Of a DNA stretch of 64,000 nt, positions 27,404 through 37,484 are shown in pieces. The translations under genes and the position numbers were made by a program. Origin of the DNA: Nitrospinaceae bacterium (GTDB lineage Bacteria > Nitrospinota > Nitrospinia > Nitrospinales > VA-1); NCBI GenBank assembly GCA_029261595.1, contig JAJDAZ010000044.1, forward strand, positions 31,377 to 95,376, in the 5' to 3' direction. The first letter of the stretch is position 1. Each line of letters starts with the position of its first letter. Below the pieces are notes generated by a model. It searched no databases. It saw nothing but the letters and a program-made list of their open reading frames with translations, and was not told where the DNA came from.

Positions 27404-28066
27404 TCAGGCTGGGTTAAAAAAGTCTGTCAGTTCCTGCAGGTTTTCCGGACTGATCTCATGCCCCTGCCGGGTTTCTCTGGCCGTCAGTTGATGGCCCTTG
27501 GCTTTCATTTCATCCAGGGCATGATCCGCTAAAAAGGAAGGAACGATGTCATCATTGGCCCCATAGATGCCAAGGATATTAACTGAGGAAGTTTGTGAGT
27601 CGGATGACTCTGGAAGCTCCGGCAGAAAACCGCAGATGGATGCGACTTTGTGCAGGGGAGGGGACCCGTGAAAAAGGGTATGGACTAAAGATGCAGCTCC
27701 TCCCTGGGAAAAGCCCCACAAACAGATTTGAAGGGTGGCTTTAGGAAATTTTTCGGAGTAATGCCGGTGGGCGCTATCGACTATATTCGATGAGTAGGTT
27801 AGAAACTCTTGAACCGACTCCTTTTGCCTCGGCCCATCTTTCCACCAACTCCACAACCCCTTGCCCGCATCGACCGGACCTTCGGGGTAGGCCATCACGG
27901 AATTTTTCAGTTGCAGTTTGTTGCCATAAACAAGCATATTCTCCGGCGTTGAATCGGCGCCGTGCAAACCAATGACCAGGTTGACGGGTTGATCTTCCTG
28001 TATTTGCGTTTCGCCGAGGATAATTTTTTTCCCCTGCCATTCTGTGTTGCTGTAATTAACGGTCAT
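27404..28066 (-). CDS. alpha/beta hydrolase, phospholipase/carboxylesterase-like
   Basis: Nucleophile elbow GFSQGG plus downstream GANDDIVP and GHEI, consistent with a Ser-Asp-His triad. 4-nt overlap with cca. Confidence 0.65.
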   Translation of the reverse strand: MTVNYSNTEWQGKKIILGETQIQEDQPVNLVIGLHGADSTPENMLVYGNKLQLKNSVMAYPEGPVDAGKGLWSWWKDGPRQKESVQEFLTYSSNIVDSAHRHYSEKFPKATLQICLWGFSQGGAASLVHTLFHGSPPLHKVASICGFLPELPESSDSQTSSVNILGIYGANDDIVPSFLADHALDEMKAKGHQLTARETRQGHEISPENLQELTDFFNPA

Positions 28067-29460
28067 GTCTCTTGTTCTGTGTTATGGGTTGCAATGATTT
28101 TTTGAGCAATCGCAGTTGCTTGTTTTTGGGTTTTAATAGTACCAAGAACACGCTCTTCTTCAACTTTATCTAATATCGGCTGGAATAAAGGCGATGGACT
28201 GATTTTGAATTGCCGGATAAGGTCGTCTCCGGTAATAAGGGGTTTGTGTTCCATGGCCGGTAAATAGCGTTGGAAATAAAACTCAACCAACGGGTACACG
28301 GCTTGAAAAAATGACTCTTTTTCCCGTGTTTTTTCTGATGATGCCGATTGTACCGCGCAGGCGAGAAATATTCCAGCCGTCAATTCTTCGCCATATTTTT
28401 TGGAGAAGTGGTACATCATCGAATCACTGCACGTTGTTTGGGCAAATTCAGGATATGAACCCCTCACTTCCTGCTGGCAATGAATAACTTTGAAAATAAA
28501 TCGGATGTCCGCATTGCTGGCGGTCAGTCTTTTTAGTAACCGAACGGTGGTGGAATTTTCATCGATTTTAATTTTTGAATCGCAGGCCTTCCGTGAAAAA
28601 GGCGGAGCGAAACCATGCAAAAGCGTCGAAAACCTCAGCAAGGCCCTTTTTCTGCCAGTCAGAAACCCGGCATGGTCTGGTAAAGGGATCATTGTTTTTG
28701 GAATGGATAAAAGATCCTCGAGTTTCTTGAATGTTTGCAGACCGGTTTCCCAAACGCTGGCATGGACTCCTGATGATTGCCTGAGTTCCATCGTTTCGGG
28801 AATCACATATTGCTGAAAGCCCGTTCGGGCCATCTGTTGTAAAAGTTCAAAGACTCCTTCACCACTTAGAAACAGGACCCACTCATAATAGACACGTTCC
28901 AATGCGGTTTGTTCCAGTTTGGATTTGTCGATTTCAATCTGGTGAATCGTTTCCGGAGAGATATTAAAACCGAGTGTACTTGCGAACCGAAAAGCTCTTA
29001 GCATGCGCAAAGGGTCGTTTGTGAAAGTGGAGCCCGGAACCACGCGGATGATTTTATTTTTTAGATCATCCAATCCCCTATTGGGGTCGATGAGGTTTTT
29101 TTTGCCTTGCAGAAAATCCCTGGGCCGCATGGCCATCGCATTGATTGAAAAATCCCTTTGTCTCAGGTCGTCTTCTATAAATTGACCCTGCATGTCGGTG
29201 AAATCGAAATGTAACTGTTTTTGTACGACCACTCGCAGGGTTTCCCGATCAGGGGTATTATCCAAAGGGATGCAGGGTGATTGTGTTTCGGAAGCAAATC
29301 GTTTTGCCAGGGTTTGTACATTTTTTGCTGTGAAGTCGAAATCAGAACACACCTTTCCCAAAAAGTGATCCCGTACGGTTCCGCCGACAAGGTATAAATC
29401 AAGCCTTAAGCTGGAGGCGGTTTCAATCAAGCGCTCCAAATATTTATTGACAGGTATCAT
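28063..29460 (-). CDS. cca: CCA-adding enzyme / poly(A) polymerase-family tRNA nucleotidyltransferase
   Basis: YLVGGTVRDHFLG, DFDFT, RDFSINAMA and DPLRMLRAFRFAS motifs of class II NTases. Confidence 0.8.
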   Translation of the reverse strand: MIPVNKYLERLIETASSLRLDLYLVGGTVRDHFLGKVCSDFDFTAKNVQTLAKRFASETQSPCIPLDNTPDRETLRVVVQKQLHFDFTDMQGQFIEDDLRQRDFSINAMAMRPRDFLQGKKNLIDPNRGLDDLKNKIIRVVPGSTFTNDPLRMLRAFRFASTLGFNISPETIHQIEIDKSKLEQTALERVYYEWVLFLSGEGVFELLQQMARTGFQQYVIPETMELRQSSGVHASVWETGLQTFKKLEDLLSIPKTMIPLPDHAGFLTGRKRALLRFSTLLHGFAPPFSRKACDSKIKIDENSTTVRLLKRLTASNADIRFIFKVIHCQQEVRGSYPEFAQTTCSDSMMYHFSKKYGEELTAGIFLACAVQSASSEKTREKESFFQAVYPLVEFYFQRYLPAMEHKPLITGDDLIRQFKISPSPLFQPILDKVEEERVLGTIKTQKQATAIAQKIIATHNTEQET

Positions 29461-29477
29461 GGCAATCGGAAATCGCG

Positions 29478-30635
29478 TTATTTCTTTTCGGGAAGAAGAG
29501 CCAAAAACTTTTCGATAACGTTCGGAAGATCAAATTTTTGAATCGCACCTTTTGCATTTTCTACCAATGAATCAGTGGGAGGGTCTTGCTCGAGAACCGA
29601 CAAAATTCTTTTTGTAAGAGTTGCTTCATCACCCAGAGGAACAAGGTATCCCGATTGTCCGTGTTCAATGATTTCTTTTGGGCCCCATGGACAATCGGTG
29701 GAAATCACAGGAGTCCCGCAACTCATGGCTTCCAAAATCACATTTCCAAAACCTTCCGACCGGGAGGTTAAAACAAAAACCTTAGCCTTTGAAACATACC
29801 GGTATGGGTTATTTTCAAAACCAAGAAAACAAACTGAATCGTTCAGTTCGAGCTTAGCGACCATTGTTTCAAGTTTTATTTTTAAAGGTCCATCACCCAC
29901 AATTAAAAGTCGGGCTGTTTTTTTAAGCAGTACTTTTTGAAAAGCCCTAACCAGGGTTTCATGATCCTTCTGTTCTACCAGCCGGGCGACATTGATTATA
30001 ATGGGTATTGTGGATGCGAACCAGGGGTGATCCACCTCCTGTAATGAAAGGGTTTCTACCTCATTTAAATTGCAGGGGTTGTATAGAGTCGTCACCTTGT
30101 CCGGTGGTAAGGCTATGTTCTCCAGGAGATATTTTCTTAACCCCTCTGAAACCGCGATTATCCTATCCGCTGTTGGGTACAGCTTTCTGGCTAGGAAACC
30201 GGGAGGGGTTGGAAAAACTCCTTCCTGTCTGATAATGCAAAAGGGACGCTTTTGTGCCGGAATGAGCTTTAAGGCAATCAGGGTTTGAATATTGGCTAGT
30301 TGCAGGGAGGAAACAAGAATATCTGGAGCAAATTTTTGTATCGCTTCAGCGAGTTTAGAGTAATAACGGAAAAGGAAAAGAAGTTTTCCAGGGCCTCTTT
30401 TTTTGGTGAATCGATTAATTATTTCTGTGGATATTACTGGGTTCAACCGATAATTATTCGTTTCCTCTGAAAGGAATATTTTACATGAATGGCCCAATCG
30501 GGAGAGTTCGTTGACAAAAGTGGCACAGGTTTTCTCAGCCCCGCCATAATCAAGGTTTGGAATGATAAAGGCAAACCGGTATTTTTTTGAATTATTCATA
30601 TTGCAGGGGAATGGATAATGAAATACCTGGGCCAA
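29478..30635 (-). CDS. glycosyltransferase family 4 (GT-B)
   Basis: The C-terminal SRSEGFGNVILEAMSCGTPVISTD region is typical of Glycos_transf_1. Confidence 0.8.
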   Translation of the reverse strand: MAQVFHYPFPCNMNNSKKYRFAFIIPNLDYGGAEKTCATFVNELSRLGHSCKIFLSEETNNYRLNPVISTEIINRFTKKRGPGKLLFLFRYYSKLAEAIQKFAPDILVSSLQLANIQTLIALKLIPAQKRPFCIIRQEGVFPTPPGFLARKLYPTADRIIAVSEGLRKYLLENIALPPDKVTTLYNPCNLNEVETLSLQEVDHPWFASTIPIIINVARLVEQKDHETLVRAFQKVLLKKTARLLIVGDGPLKIKLETMVAKLELNDSVCFLGFENNPYRYVSKAKVFVLTSRSEGFGNVILEAMSCGTPVISTDCPWGPKEIIEHGQSGYLVPLGDEATLTKRILSVLEQDPPTDSLVENAKGAIQKFDLPNVIEKFLALLPEKK

Positions 30636-30643
30636 TAATTGTG

Positions 30644-31738
30644 TCAGGCAATTTTTTGATACGATGTTTTAACGGACAATACTTCAGATGTTGTTGTTCC
30701 GGGAGGAACCAAGGGCGTATTGCGGTATTTCCAGGCGCCCAGCCAATTCCCGAATAACACGTTTGTGTGTTTCAAAATTAAATAAAGAGAATATAAAAGG
30801 ACTCCTCCGGGTTTTCCAAATGATTGTGTAACGTCGTCCAAAATGATTCGAGTCGCGGGATAAACGAATAAATATCTATATAATGCGAACAATGAAATTA
30901 ATACAATCACCGTCAATACAGGATTCGCGATCGAAAAAATTAAAGCGAACGGTAATATTATAAGGAAGACCGTTTCCAGTTTTCTGGCGAATGGTCGCCA
31001 GCCACGTTCGGGGGTAAGGAGTTTTCTGGTGAGGCCCCATAATGTGGCGCTCTTCCACTCGGTAATTATCCAGTCCCATAAATTGTCCGGACGCTCATGG
31101 TAAACCACCGCTTCGGGCGCCGGTTGATAAATAAATTTGTCTTTGATTTTATATTGCAGCGATACTTCATCTCCCCTGGAAGAAAAGTTTTCAATGAATC
31201 CCCCAACGGTCAGGAAAACATTTTTTCGTATGGCCATATTGCAACCGATAAAATGATTTAAATAAATATCAGGACCGAAATATTGTTTGTGGCGAATGAT
31301 CTGGGCCAATCGGGCGATGGATGAATCGTTATTCAAAAGTTCAATTTTTCCGCCGGAATAATCGGCGTTGCCGTTTTTGAAGGGCTCATTATAGCCTGAC
31401 AACCAGTCAGGATGCGCAATCGCGTCTCCGTCGATATAAACCAGAATGTCTCCCCTGGAATAACTTATTCCGGTGTTTCGAGCGATGGCAAGACCTCCGT
31501 GTCTAATTTTAATGTATTGAATAGGGATTGATGAATCCTGCTGTCCGGTCAAACAGTCGGTTGCGATTTCTTCCGTTTTGTCAGTGGATTCATCATCAAC
31601 CACGATTATTTCATATTGGCTTTTAGGAAAATTCTGGTTGATGAGACTCTCCAAACATGACCGCAAGAGTTTTTCTTCATTGTACGCGCATACAATGACT
31701 GAAAAAAAAGGCGGGTGATTGTCAGTCTGATTTGTCAT
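30644..31738 (-). CDS. glycosyltransferase family 2 with C-terminal transmembrane region
   Basis: The ATG at 31738 (ATGA overlap with the upstream gene) gives MTNQTDNHPPFFSVIVCAYNEE. VDDESTD and YIDGDA (DxD) motifs. The C-terminal ~110 aa contain several hydrophobic helices. Confidence 0.8.
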   Translation of the reverse strand: MTNQTDNHPPFFSVIVCAYNEEKLLRSCLESLINQNFPKSQYEIIVVDDESTDKTEEIATDCLTGQQDSSIPIQYIKIRHGGLAIARNTGISYSRGDILVYIDGDAIAHPDWLSGYNEPFKNGNADYSGGKIELLNNDSSIARLAQIIRHKQYFGPDIYLNHFIGCNMAIRKNVFLTVGGFIENFSSRGDEVSLQYKIKDKFIYQPAPEAVVYHERPDNLWDWIITEWKSATLWGLTRKLLTPERGWRPFARKLETVFLIILPFALIFSIANPVLTVIVLISLFALYRYLFVYPATRIILDDVTQSFGKPGGVLLYSLYLILKHTNVLFGNWLGAWKYRNTPLVPPGTTTSEVLSVKTSYQKIA

Positions 31739-32976
31739 GCCAAAACTAAATCTCTTAAAATTGAAAAGGTTTTGGTGAGGGGTATGGAGTCGATGATTCT
31801 GGGCTGAATCCGGTTTCCATAGATGATACAAATCCCCTGGCTTTCAGGTAATTGAGGATCGTATCCGTGCATTCCTTTGTCCTGATGAGTTTTATGAAAG
31901 AAGTCCGGATGCACCAGAACTCCTGGATTGGTCCACCAGATCAGGTCGCCATATTTTGTGTCAGGCCAGGGAATATTATTTTCTGCGGTTAACGTGTCAT
32001 CAAAAAATTCCCCCTGATTTTTGAATGCGCTCGAGGATTGGATTGCCTCTGGAAACACTCTTTTGGCCTTGTCGGATAAAAACCAGACCCGCATCAGAGT
32101 GGAATCCAAAAAATAAATGAAATCCTTTTTTAATTTTAAGCCGAGGGATTTAGCTAAGGCTGAAAGATGATTTCCGGCATCGAAAGATTGTGTTACAGGA
32201 ATCATCCCATGATCTCCAAGGAAAACAAAATTGGAATCCGGAATCAATTGTTGAAATTTTTCCGTAAAACTTTTTAAGTCACCGTCCATTTGATTCAGGG
32301 CTCGATTCAACTCATCCGATTCAGGGCCGAATTTGTGGCCATAATGATCGGGCGCCGAGATATAAATCAGGGTAAGGTCATGAGCCCGTTCTTTTGCTTC
32401 GTCCAGAACCATTTGTAAACGATCTTCATCCGATCCATTTGCCGGCAGATTCAGGGCAGTGAAAGAGTCGTAAAAGTAGCTTCCGCCTGCCTTCTCGATG
32501 AGTGACAAAATGGATGGCGTCGGAAAAGCGTTTTCGTTGCGATGGTCTGTCTGGTCTTCCGTCAACGACCAGTAGGACAGGAGAGAAACCGGAATTTCGT
32601 AGGGGCTCATTCCTGAAGACCTTCGCTTTAAATACCGCTTCATTCGGTATTTGTAAAAATGGTAAAGCCTTTGGGAAAAATCCTGACCCAAAAGACGGAA
32701 AACATTTAGAATTAAAAACTCCATCCATTCTAAAACCGGTAAGCCTTTAATATCTTTGAATGGGCTGTTCTCCGGATCGTATCCGATGGCGGTAAAAAAT
32801 CCCGACTGCTTTGGGTGAAGGCCGGTTAAAATTTCTGTTCTCTCACAGTATCCCAGTCCCGGGCGAACGGTTTTATAATATTCGCCTCTTTGGGAACAGG
32901 ATGCCAAAAATGGCGTATGCTTCTCCGTTAAATAGTCGTGCCTGAAGGCATCCATTAATATTAAAACAGTTGGCAT
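31735..32976 (-). CDS. alkaline-phosphatase-superfamily enzyme, type I phosphodiesterase/nucleotide pyrophosphatase (NPP) family
   Basis: VLILMDAFRHDYL, CERTEILTGLHP (nucleophile-Thr region), SAPDHYGHKFGP and FLGDHGM metal-ligand motifs. Confidence 0.75.
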   Translation of the reverse strand: MPTVLILMDAFRHDYLTEKHTPFLASCSQRGEYYKTVRPGLGYCERTEILTGLHPKQSGFFTAIGYDPENSPFKDIKGLPVLEWMEFLILNVFRLLGQDFSQRLYHFYKYRMKRYLKRRSSGMSPYEIPVSLLSYWSLTEDQTDHRNENAFPTPSILSLIEKAGGSYFYDSFTALNLPANGSDEDRLQMVLDEAKERAHDLTLIYISAPDHYGHKFGPESDELNRALNQMDGDLKSFTEKFQQLIPDSNFVFLGDHGMIPVTQSFDAGNHLSALAKSLGLKLKKDFIYFLDSTLMRVWFLSDKAKRVFPEAIQSSSAFKNQGEFFDDTLTAENNIPWPDTKYGDLIWWTNPGVLVHPDFFHKTHQDKGMHGYDPQLPESQGICIIYGNRIQPRIIDSIPLTKTFSILRDLVLA

Positions 32977-34052
32977 TAGACTTCCATCCGCATTTTGGCC
33001 ACGGCAACCCTTGCCTGATTCCAGGTCAAGTCCCGGGGCACGGTGGAACGCACCTGGCGCATGAGCTTTATTCCACGATTGAGGAGAGGGGCATTGATTT
33101 CCCCGGATTCATAGGCCGTTGCAATATAAACCTGGGCTATTTGAACCGCAATTCGGTTCTCGTTAGATAAATTCAGATTTCGCAGGAAAGTTTTTATTCG
33201 TCCTACGAGCAATTTTGGATGGTATTTTAAATGGTTCTCGAGATCACGGGCGCAGGTTATCGGGGTTCCGTATAGTTTGGATAACAAGGAAAACATTTCC
33301 AGGAAAAAGCGGGTTTGGACTTTATTGTAAAGTTCTTTAAGTTCTTGGTTATTCATCACAGGAGCTTTGGGCTGTAATTTTTCCTTTAATGCCCAATCAT
33401 TCAATTGGATCATTGAATCGTTTTTGGGGAACAGGGTTGTAAGACGTGTTTGCCTTTCCCGGTAACTTGGATGATAGGATTTTTTTTGAAGCAGAAGAAC
33501 ATCCACAATAGCCAGAATTGCTTTTGCCATTTGGTTTCTGAAAAACCGGGATTCATCATCCGCAAGACTTTGCTCAAGCCCCCTGTCGTTCAGGCAACCT
33601 AAAAGCGTCCAGATCCGGGTGAAAAATAATTCCTCACCTTCTTTTAACGGGAGGTTAGACGGGTCCATCGATGGGATTGAATCCAGAATATTTTTATCGC
33701 CGTCAATGACCTTGCTGGCGTACTTTAAATCATAATTAAAAATGGTCGGCGTCAGTACGCGCAGTTGCTCCGGTGTTTTTTGCGTCAGGTTAATCCAACG
33801 GATACCGATTTGCTCTGCAAGTTGATCGCCCAGCGATTTTAGAATTTCCGGGGGTTGGGGCTGGGAGGTGACCAGCACGATGTCATAATCGTTGTACGGG
33901 TGCAATCTACCATCCGGGCCTTCGTACCAGCTCCCTTCGTCCCGTCCGTACCCACCGTACAAAATTGTTGATATATATTTTTTGGTATCCAGGCTGGTTT
34001 TGATAAGTTCAATATCTTCATTATACCTGGAGGCTATGATAGAAATATTCAT
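32976..34052 (-). CDS. unknown protein; weak Pol-beta-type nucleotidyltransferase signature plus helical C-terminal domain
   Basis: ILYGGYGRDEG...NDYDIVLV resembles the hG[GS]...DxD NTase core, but with a long insert. The rest gives no recognisable motif. The CDS is real by operon context (1-nt and 4-nt overlaps). Confidence 0.35.
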   Translation of the reverse strand: MNISIIASRYNEDIELIKTSLDTKKYISTILYGGYGRDEGSWYEGPDGRLHPYNDYDIVLVTSQPQPPEILKSLGDQLAEQIGIRWINLTQKTPEQLRVLTPTIFNYDLKYASKVIDGDKNILDSIPSMDPSNLPLKEGEELFFTRIWTLLGCLNDRGLEQSLADDESRFFRNQMAKAILAIVDVLLLQKKSYHPSYRERQTRLTTLFPKNDSMIQLNDWALKEKLQPKAPVMNNQELKELYNKVQTRFFLEMFSLLSKLYGTPITCARDLENHLKYHPKLLVGRIKTFLRNLNLSNENRIAVQIAQVYIATAYESGEINAPLLNRGIKLMRQVRSTVPRDLTWNQARVAVAKMRMEV

Positions 34053-35203
34053 GAGCTTTGAATCATTTTTTGATAGGCCTGTTCGACCTGTTCCATATTA
34101 TCTCTGAAGTTACCTTTTGCTTTTGCTATTTCAAGATTTCTCTCAATGGCCTTTTTTCGGAATTGGTCGTCATCAAGCGCTTCAAGAATTAAGGGAGCCA
34201 GGAATTCCGGATTTATTTCCTTTAATAGATAGCCGTTGAATCCATTTAAAACCCATTCGATATTGGTTGAAATGTCGCTCACAATAGGAAACGACCCCGA
34301 AGCGAAGCCTTCTGCGAGCGTGGCCGGGGACCCTCCGTCCCAGGAGGGAATGGAGATCCAGATATCCGCCAGGTTGAAATAATGAGGCATCGAGGTATGG
34401 CTTTCGTCCGGGGTTTCATTTCTTCCAACAAACCGGACGTGATCTTCGATGTTGAGGTCTTTGGCAAGTTGTTTGAATTCAGGCTCCAGATTTCCCTGGG
34501 TGATAAAATATTTAAAAATAAAAACCACATTTTTTGTTTTCTCAATGACCCTGGGGATGGATTTCAGGATCGTATCAATATTGTATTTTGACCCGAATTG
34601 CCGGGGGCTGAGAATGACCCGGCAATGATCCCCAATGTCCAATTTCTCTCTCAGGTCTGCCACGTCCAGTCCGGGTTTGAACTGATTCAGATCCGCTCCC
34701 CAGTGAATATTGAAGGAATGCTTGAGCGGTCCCGAAAACTTAAATGTTTCTCCGATCATGATATTGGATTGAGCGATCACCCCGTCCAGCCTGCTTAAAG
34801 CGGATGTTACCTGATTGCGCGCCTGGGTGGATTGAAAAGGTTGTTTCAAAACGTCCGCTCCCCAGGGAGTGAACACCAGGGGATGGAAACCCGAGAAGCA
34901 AGCGGCTTTTCCAAATTCAGTCAGGCTGTGTACATGGACAATATCTGGATTCTCGCTTTGAATTATTTTTTTTATCACCCGTTGGCGGCCCCAGTCGCCC
35001 AGGCGTTTGATCATGGGTCTTCCGCTATCGATTGATATTATTTTTATTCCATTCAATTCGTTTCCCAGTTTGACTTTGTAGGACTGCAAAGGGGCATGGA
35101 TCACACTCACGCTGTGGCCCTTGTCAAAGAAATATTTTCCGTATCTTTGCAGGAGCGTGTTTTCCGTGTCGCCGATGAATAGAATTTTCATGTTTGCGGT
35201 CAT
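34049..35203 (-). CDS. glycosyltransferase family 4 (GT-B)
   Basis: MKILFIGD N-terminus and C-terminal GGSPATLAEGFASGSFPIVSD region. 4-nt overlaps on both sides. Confidence 0.75.
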   Translation of the reverse strand: MTANMKILFIGDTENTLLQRYGKYFFDKGHSVSVIHAPLQSYKVKLGNELNGIKIISIDSGRPMIKRLGDWGRQRVIKKIIQSENPDIVHVHSLTEFGKAACFSGFHPLVFTPWGADVLKQPFQSTQARNQVTSALSRLDGVIAQSNIMIGETFKFSGPLKHSFNIHWGADLNQFKPGLDVADLREKLDIGDHCRVILSPRQFGSKYNIDTILKSIPRVIEKTKNVVFIFKYFITQGNLEPEFKQLAKDLNIEDHVRFVGRNETPDESHTSMPHYFNLADIWISIPSWDGGSPATLAEGFASGSFPIVSDISTNIEWVLNGFNGYLLKEINPEFLAPLILEALDDDQFRKKAIERNLEIAKAKGNFRDNMEQVEQAYQKMIQSS

Positions 35204-36057
35204 TTTGTCATTACAAAAAACAGATCCAGAGAACTTTCGATATTATTTTCTGTAAGAAAGTAATCGGATTCTGAAAAAGAATTCCATCCTCTCCGATCCG
35301 GCTCCGGGCACGTCGCCTGCCGTGAAGCAGGAGTCTTGGAAGAAGTATTTTGTGGCGCCGGTTGGCCCTGGGCGCGGCTGTTCAAAAATGAGTTGATCAA
35401 TGATGCCCGGATTTGTTTGAGAAACCTGGGGACGTTTCTGTATTTACGGAGTCTTGTGATTTCCACATCCATGATTTGCTGGCTTGCTGAAACACCGTAT
35501 GCATTCACTGCATTGAAAAAGGGCCGGGTGGCCTTAAGTAATTCTTTGGGGCTGTATTCCTTCAGATGGAACTCATTCATCGGCTTTTGGAATTTATAGC
35601 ACCTCAACAAACGGTTTGGAGTCGTTATCAATGCCCTGGCATCCTTTTTTAGAAGACGATTGATTTCCGCCAGATAACCTTTAACGTTATGAACGTGTTC
35701 GATCACCTGAAAAGACAGGATGAGATCGAAAGTATTGTCCTTAAAGGGAAGAGGTTTTTCCGGGTCCACCAAATCAAAGCTGACCGCTTCATCACCGAAC
35801 GTTGCATTGGCGTGGGCAATGGCTTCCGGAGAATTGTCCAACCCCTGATAGGATTGAAAATGCCCGGTCATTATTTTCGATCCATAACCCGTCCCCGATC
35901 CAAAATCGAGAACCTTGCTGTCCGGAGTTGAGTGATTTTGGGCCAAACGGTAAGCCGCCTGGTGGCGTAAAAACATTAGATATTCATGCAGGGTCGGCCA
36001 TTGGTCGATGGGCCTGTCTGCGATCCTTTCATGGGTGAAGCCGGCGGCGTGCGTCAT
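35200..36057 (-). CDS. class I SAM-dependent methyltransferase
   Basis: The ATG at 36057 (ATGA overlap with the flippase gene). Motif I VLDFGSGTGYGS, and post-I/II motifs (LDNSPEAI, FDLILSFQVIEH). Confidence 0.8.
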   Translation of the reverse strand: MTHAAGFTHERIADRPIDQWPTLHEYLMFLRHQAAYRLAQNHSTPDSKVLDFGSGTGYGSKIMTGHFQSYQGLDNSPEAIAHANATFGDEAVSFDLVDPEKPLPFKDNTFDLILSFQVIEHVHNVKGYLAEINRLLKKDARALITTPNRLLRCYKFQKPMNEFHLKEYSPKELLKATRPFFNAVNAYGVSASQQIMDVEITRLRKYRNVPRFLKQIRASLINSFLNSRAQGQPAPQNTSSKTPASRQATCPEPDRRGWNSFSESDYFLTENNIESSLDLFFVMTK

Positions 36058-37478
36058 ATCCCTTCCCTTGAAAGTACATTTTTTAAAAAGGCGGTTTTGA
36101 AATAATCGGACATATGCAGAAAAGTGATCAATGAGCACCCGGCAAACAGGGCAATAAAAAGAATCGATGTCGAAACCGCCTGGACATTTTTCAGGAAATA
36201 AAGAGTGTAAATTAAAATTGAATAATGAAGCGCCGGTTTCAATAAATGTTTGAAGCTTAAACTCATGACATACTTATTCACCAGAATCCCCATGATGGTG
36301 ATGCCAATAATGTGCGCCAGTAAAATCCCTGTGGCCGCCCCGATGATTCCATGATAAAGGGTGCCAACGTATACGAGAAGAGATACGGAGCACGCACCAT
36401 ATATGGTCATGTAGAATTGTATTTTTGTTTTTCCCTTATAAAGAATAATCGGGTCCCAATAGGCGGTAACGGCTTTAAGCGTCGTTAACACCATCAGAAT
36501 TTGAAACGGTGTGGTGGCGGGAATCCATTTGGCTCCAAAAAGGAAGGTTATGATTTCCTCCCCCATCATGAGAATGAATGTGGTGGGAATCATATAAAAG
36601 ACCGCCGTGATTTTGGTCAGCTTCTCGAAACCATATTTAATATCTTCCGAATTTCCAATTTTTGTGAAAGCCGGATAGACCACAGAGAAAATGGCCGACC
36701 TTAACTTCAGAAAAAAATGGGTGGTTTGAAAAGCGAACCAGTAATACCCCAATTGTTGTGGGCCCAATAGATCTCCGACAATGTAATAATCCACATTCCA
36801 GTATAGGAAAATCAGAAAACTGCTGCCCAGGAGAGGCATTCCATAACCTGCCACATCGCGGATGATTTTTGGATCCCAGCAAAAATGCGGACGGTAAGGG
36901 CTGATCGCCCAGATAATGATAATTTCAGAAACAGAAAATATTAAGTGCGACGCGATCAGACTCCACACCCCATAGCCCATATAGGCCAGAGTGATGGCGC
37001 AAACACCGCTGATGACCTGCGCGCATAGGGACGGGAAACGGGCTTTCCAAAAGGACAGTTCTTTTTCGAACAGACATTTGGGTCGGGACAACGGGCCATA
37101 GAAAAGTGCGAATATCAGGAATTGCACCAGAGTGGTGATTTCCGGTTTTCCGAGAAAATTTAACAGGTAGGGGGCAACCCATAATATTAATACGATGAAA
37201 ATGCCGGAAAGAGTCAGTTCCAGAGTGAATATATTATTTAGTTTCGATTGAAGGTCGTCCTTTTCTTTAATTAAAAATTTTTCTCCATGCAGACTCGTGA
37301 GGGTCGCAAAAAACATCACCACAATGTTGGCAAACGCGAATGCTCCAAAATTTTCGGGTTCCAGCAATCTTGCCAAAACCATTTGGATGGCCAGGGCGAT
37401 TACATATTGAACTCCCGTAGTACCGAGTACGATCGCCAGTCCGCGTGTGGATTTGTTGATTACTTTTTGTCTATCCAT
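36054..37478 (-). CDS. Wzx-like polysaccharide/oligosaccharide flippase (MOP superfamily)
   Basis: 474 aa with ~12-14 hydrophobic spans. The N-terminal pattern GTTGVQYVIALAIQMVLARLLEPENFG is typical of Polysacc_synt proteins. Confidence 0.75.
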   Translation of the reverse strand: MDRQKVINKSTRGLAIVLGTTGVQYVIALAIQMVLARLLEPENFGAFAFANIVVMFFATLTSLHGEKFLIKEKDDLQSKLNNIFTLELTLSGIFIVLILWVAPYLLNFLGKPEITTLVQFLIFALFYGPLSRPKCLFEKELSFWKARFPSLCAQVISGVCAITLAYMGYGVWSLIASHLIFSVSEIIIIWAISPYRPHFCWDPKIIRDVAGYGMPLLGSSFLIFLYWNVDYYIVGDLLGPQQLGYYWFAFQTTHFFLKLRSAIFSVVYPAFTKIGNSEDIKYGFEKLTKITAVFYMIPTTFILMMGEEIITFLFGAKWIPATTPFQILMVLTTLKAVTAYWDPIILYKGKTKIQFYMTIYGACSVSLLVYVGTLYHGIIGAATGILLAHIIGITIMGILVNKYVMSLSFKHLLKPALHYSILIYTLYFLKNVQAVSTSILFIALFAGCSLITFLHMSDYFKTAFLKNVLSREGI

Positions 37479-37484
37479 TATTTT

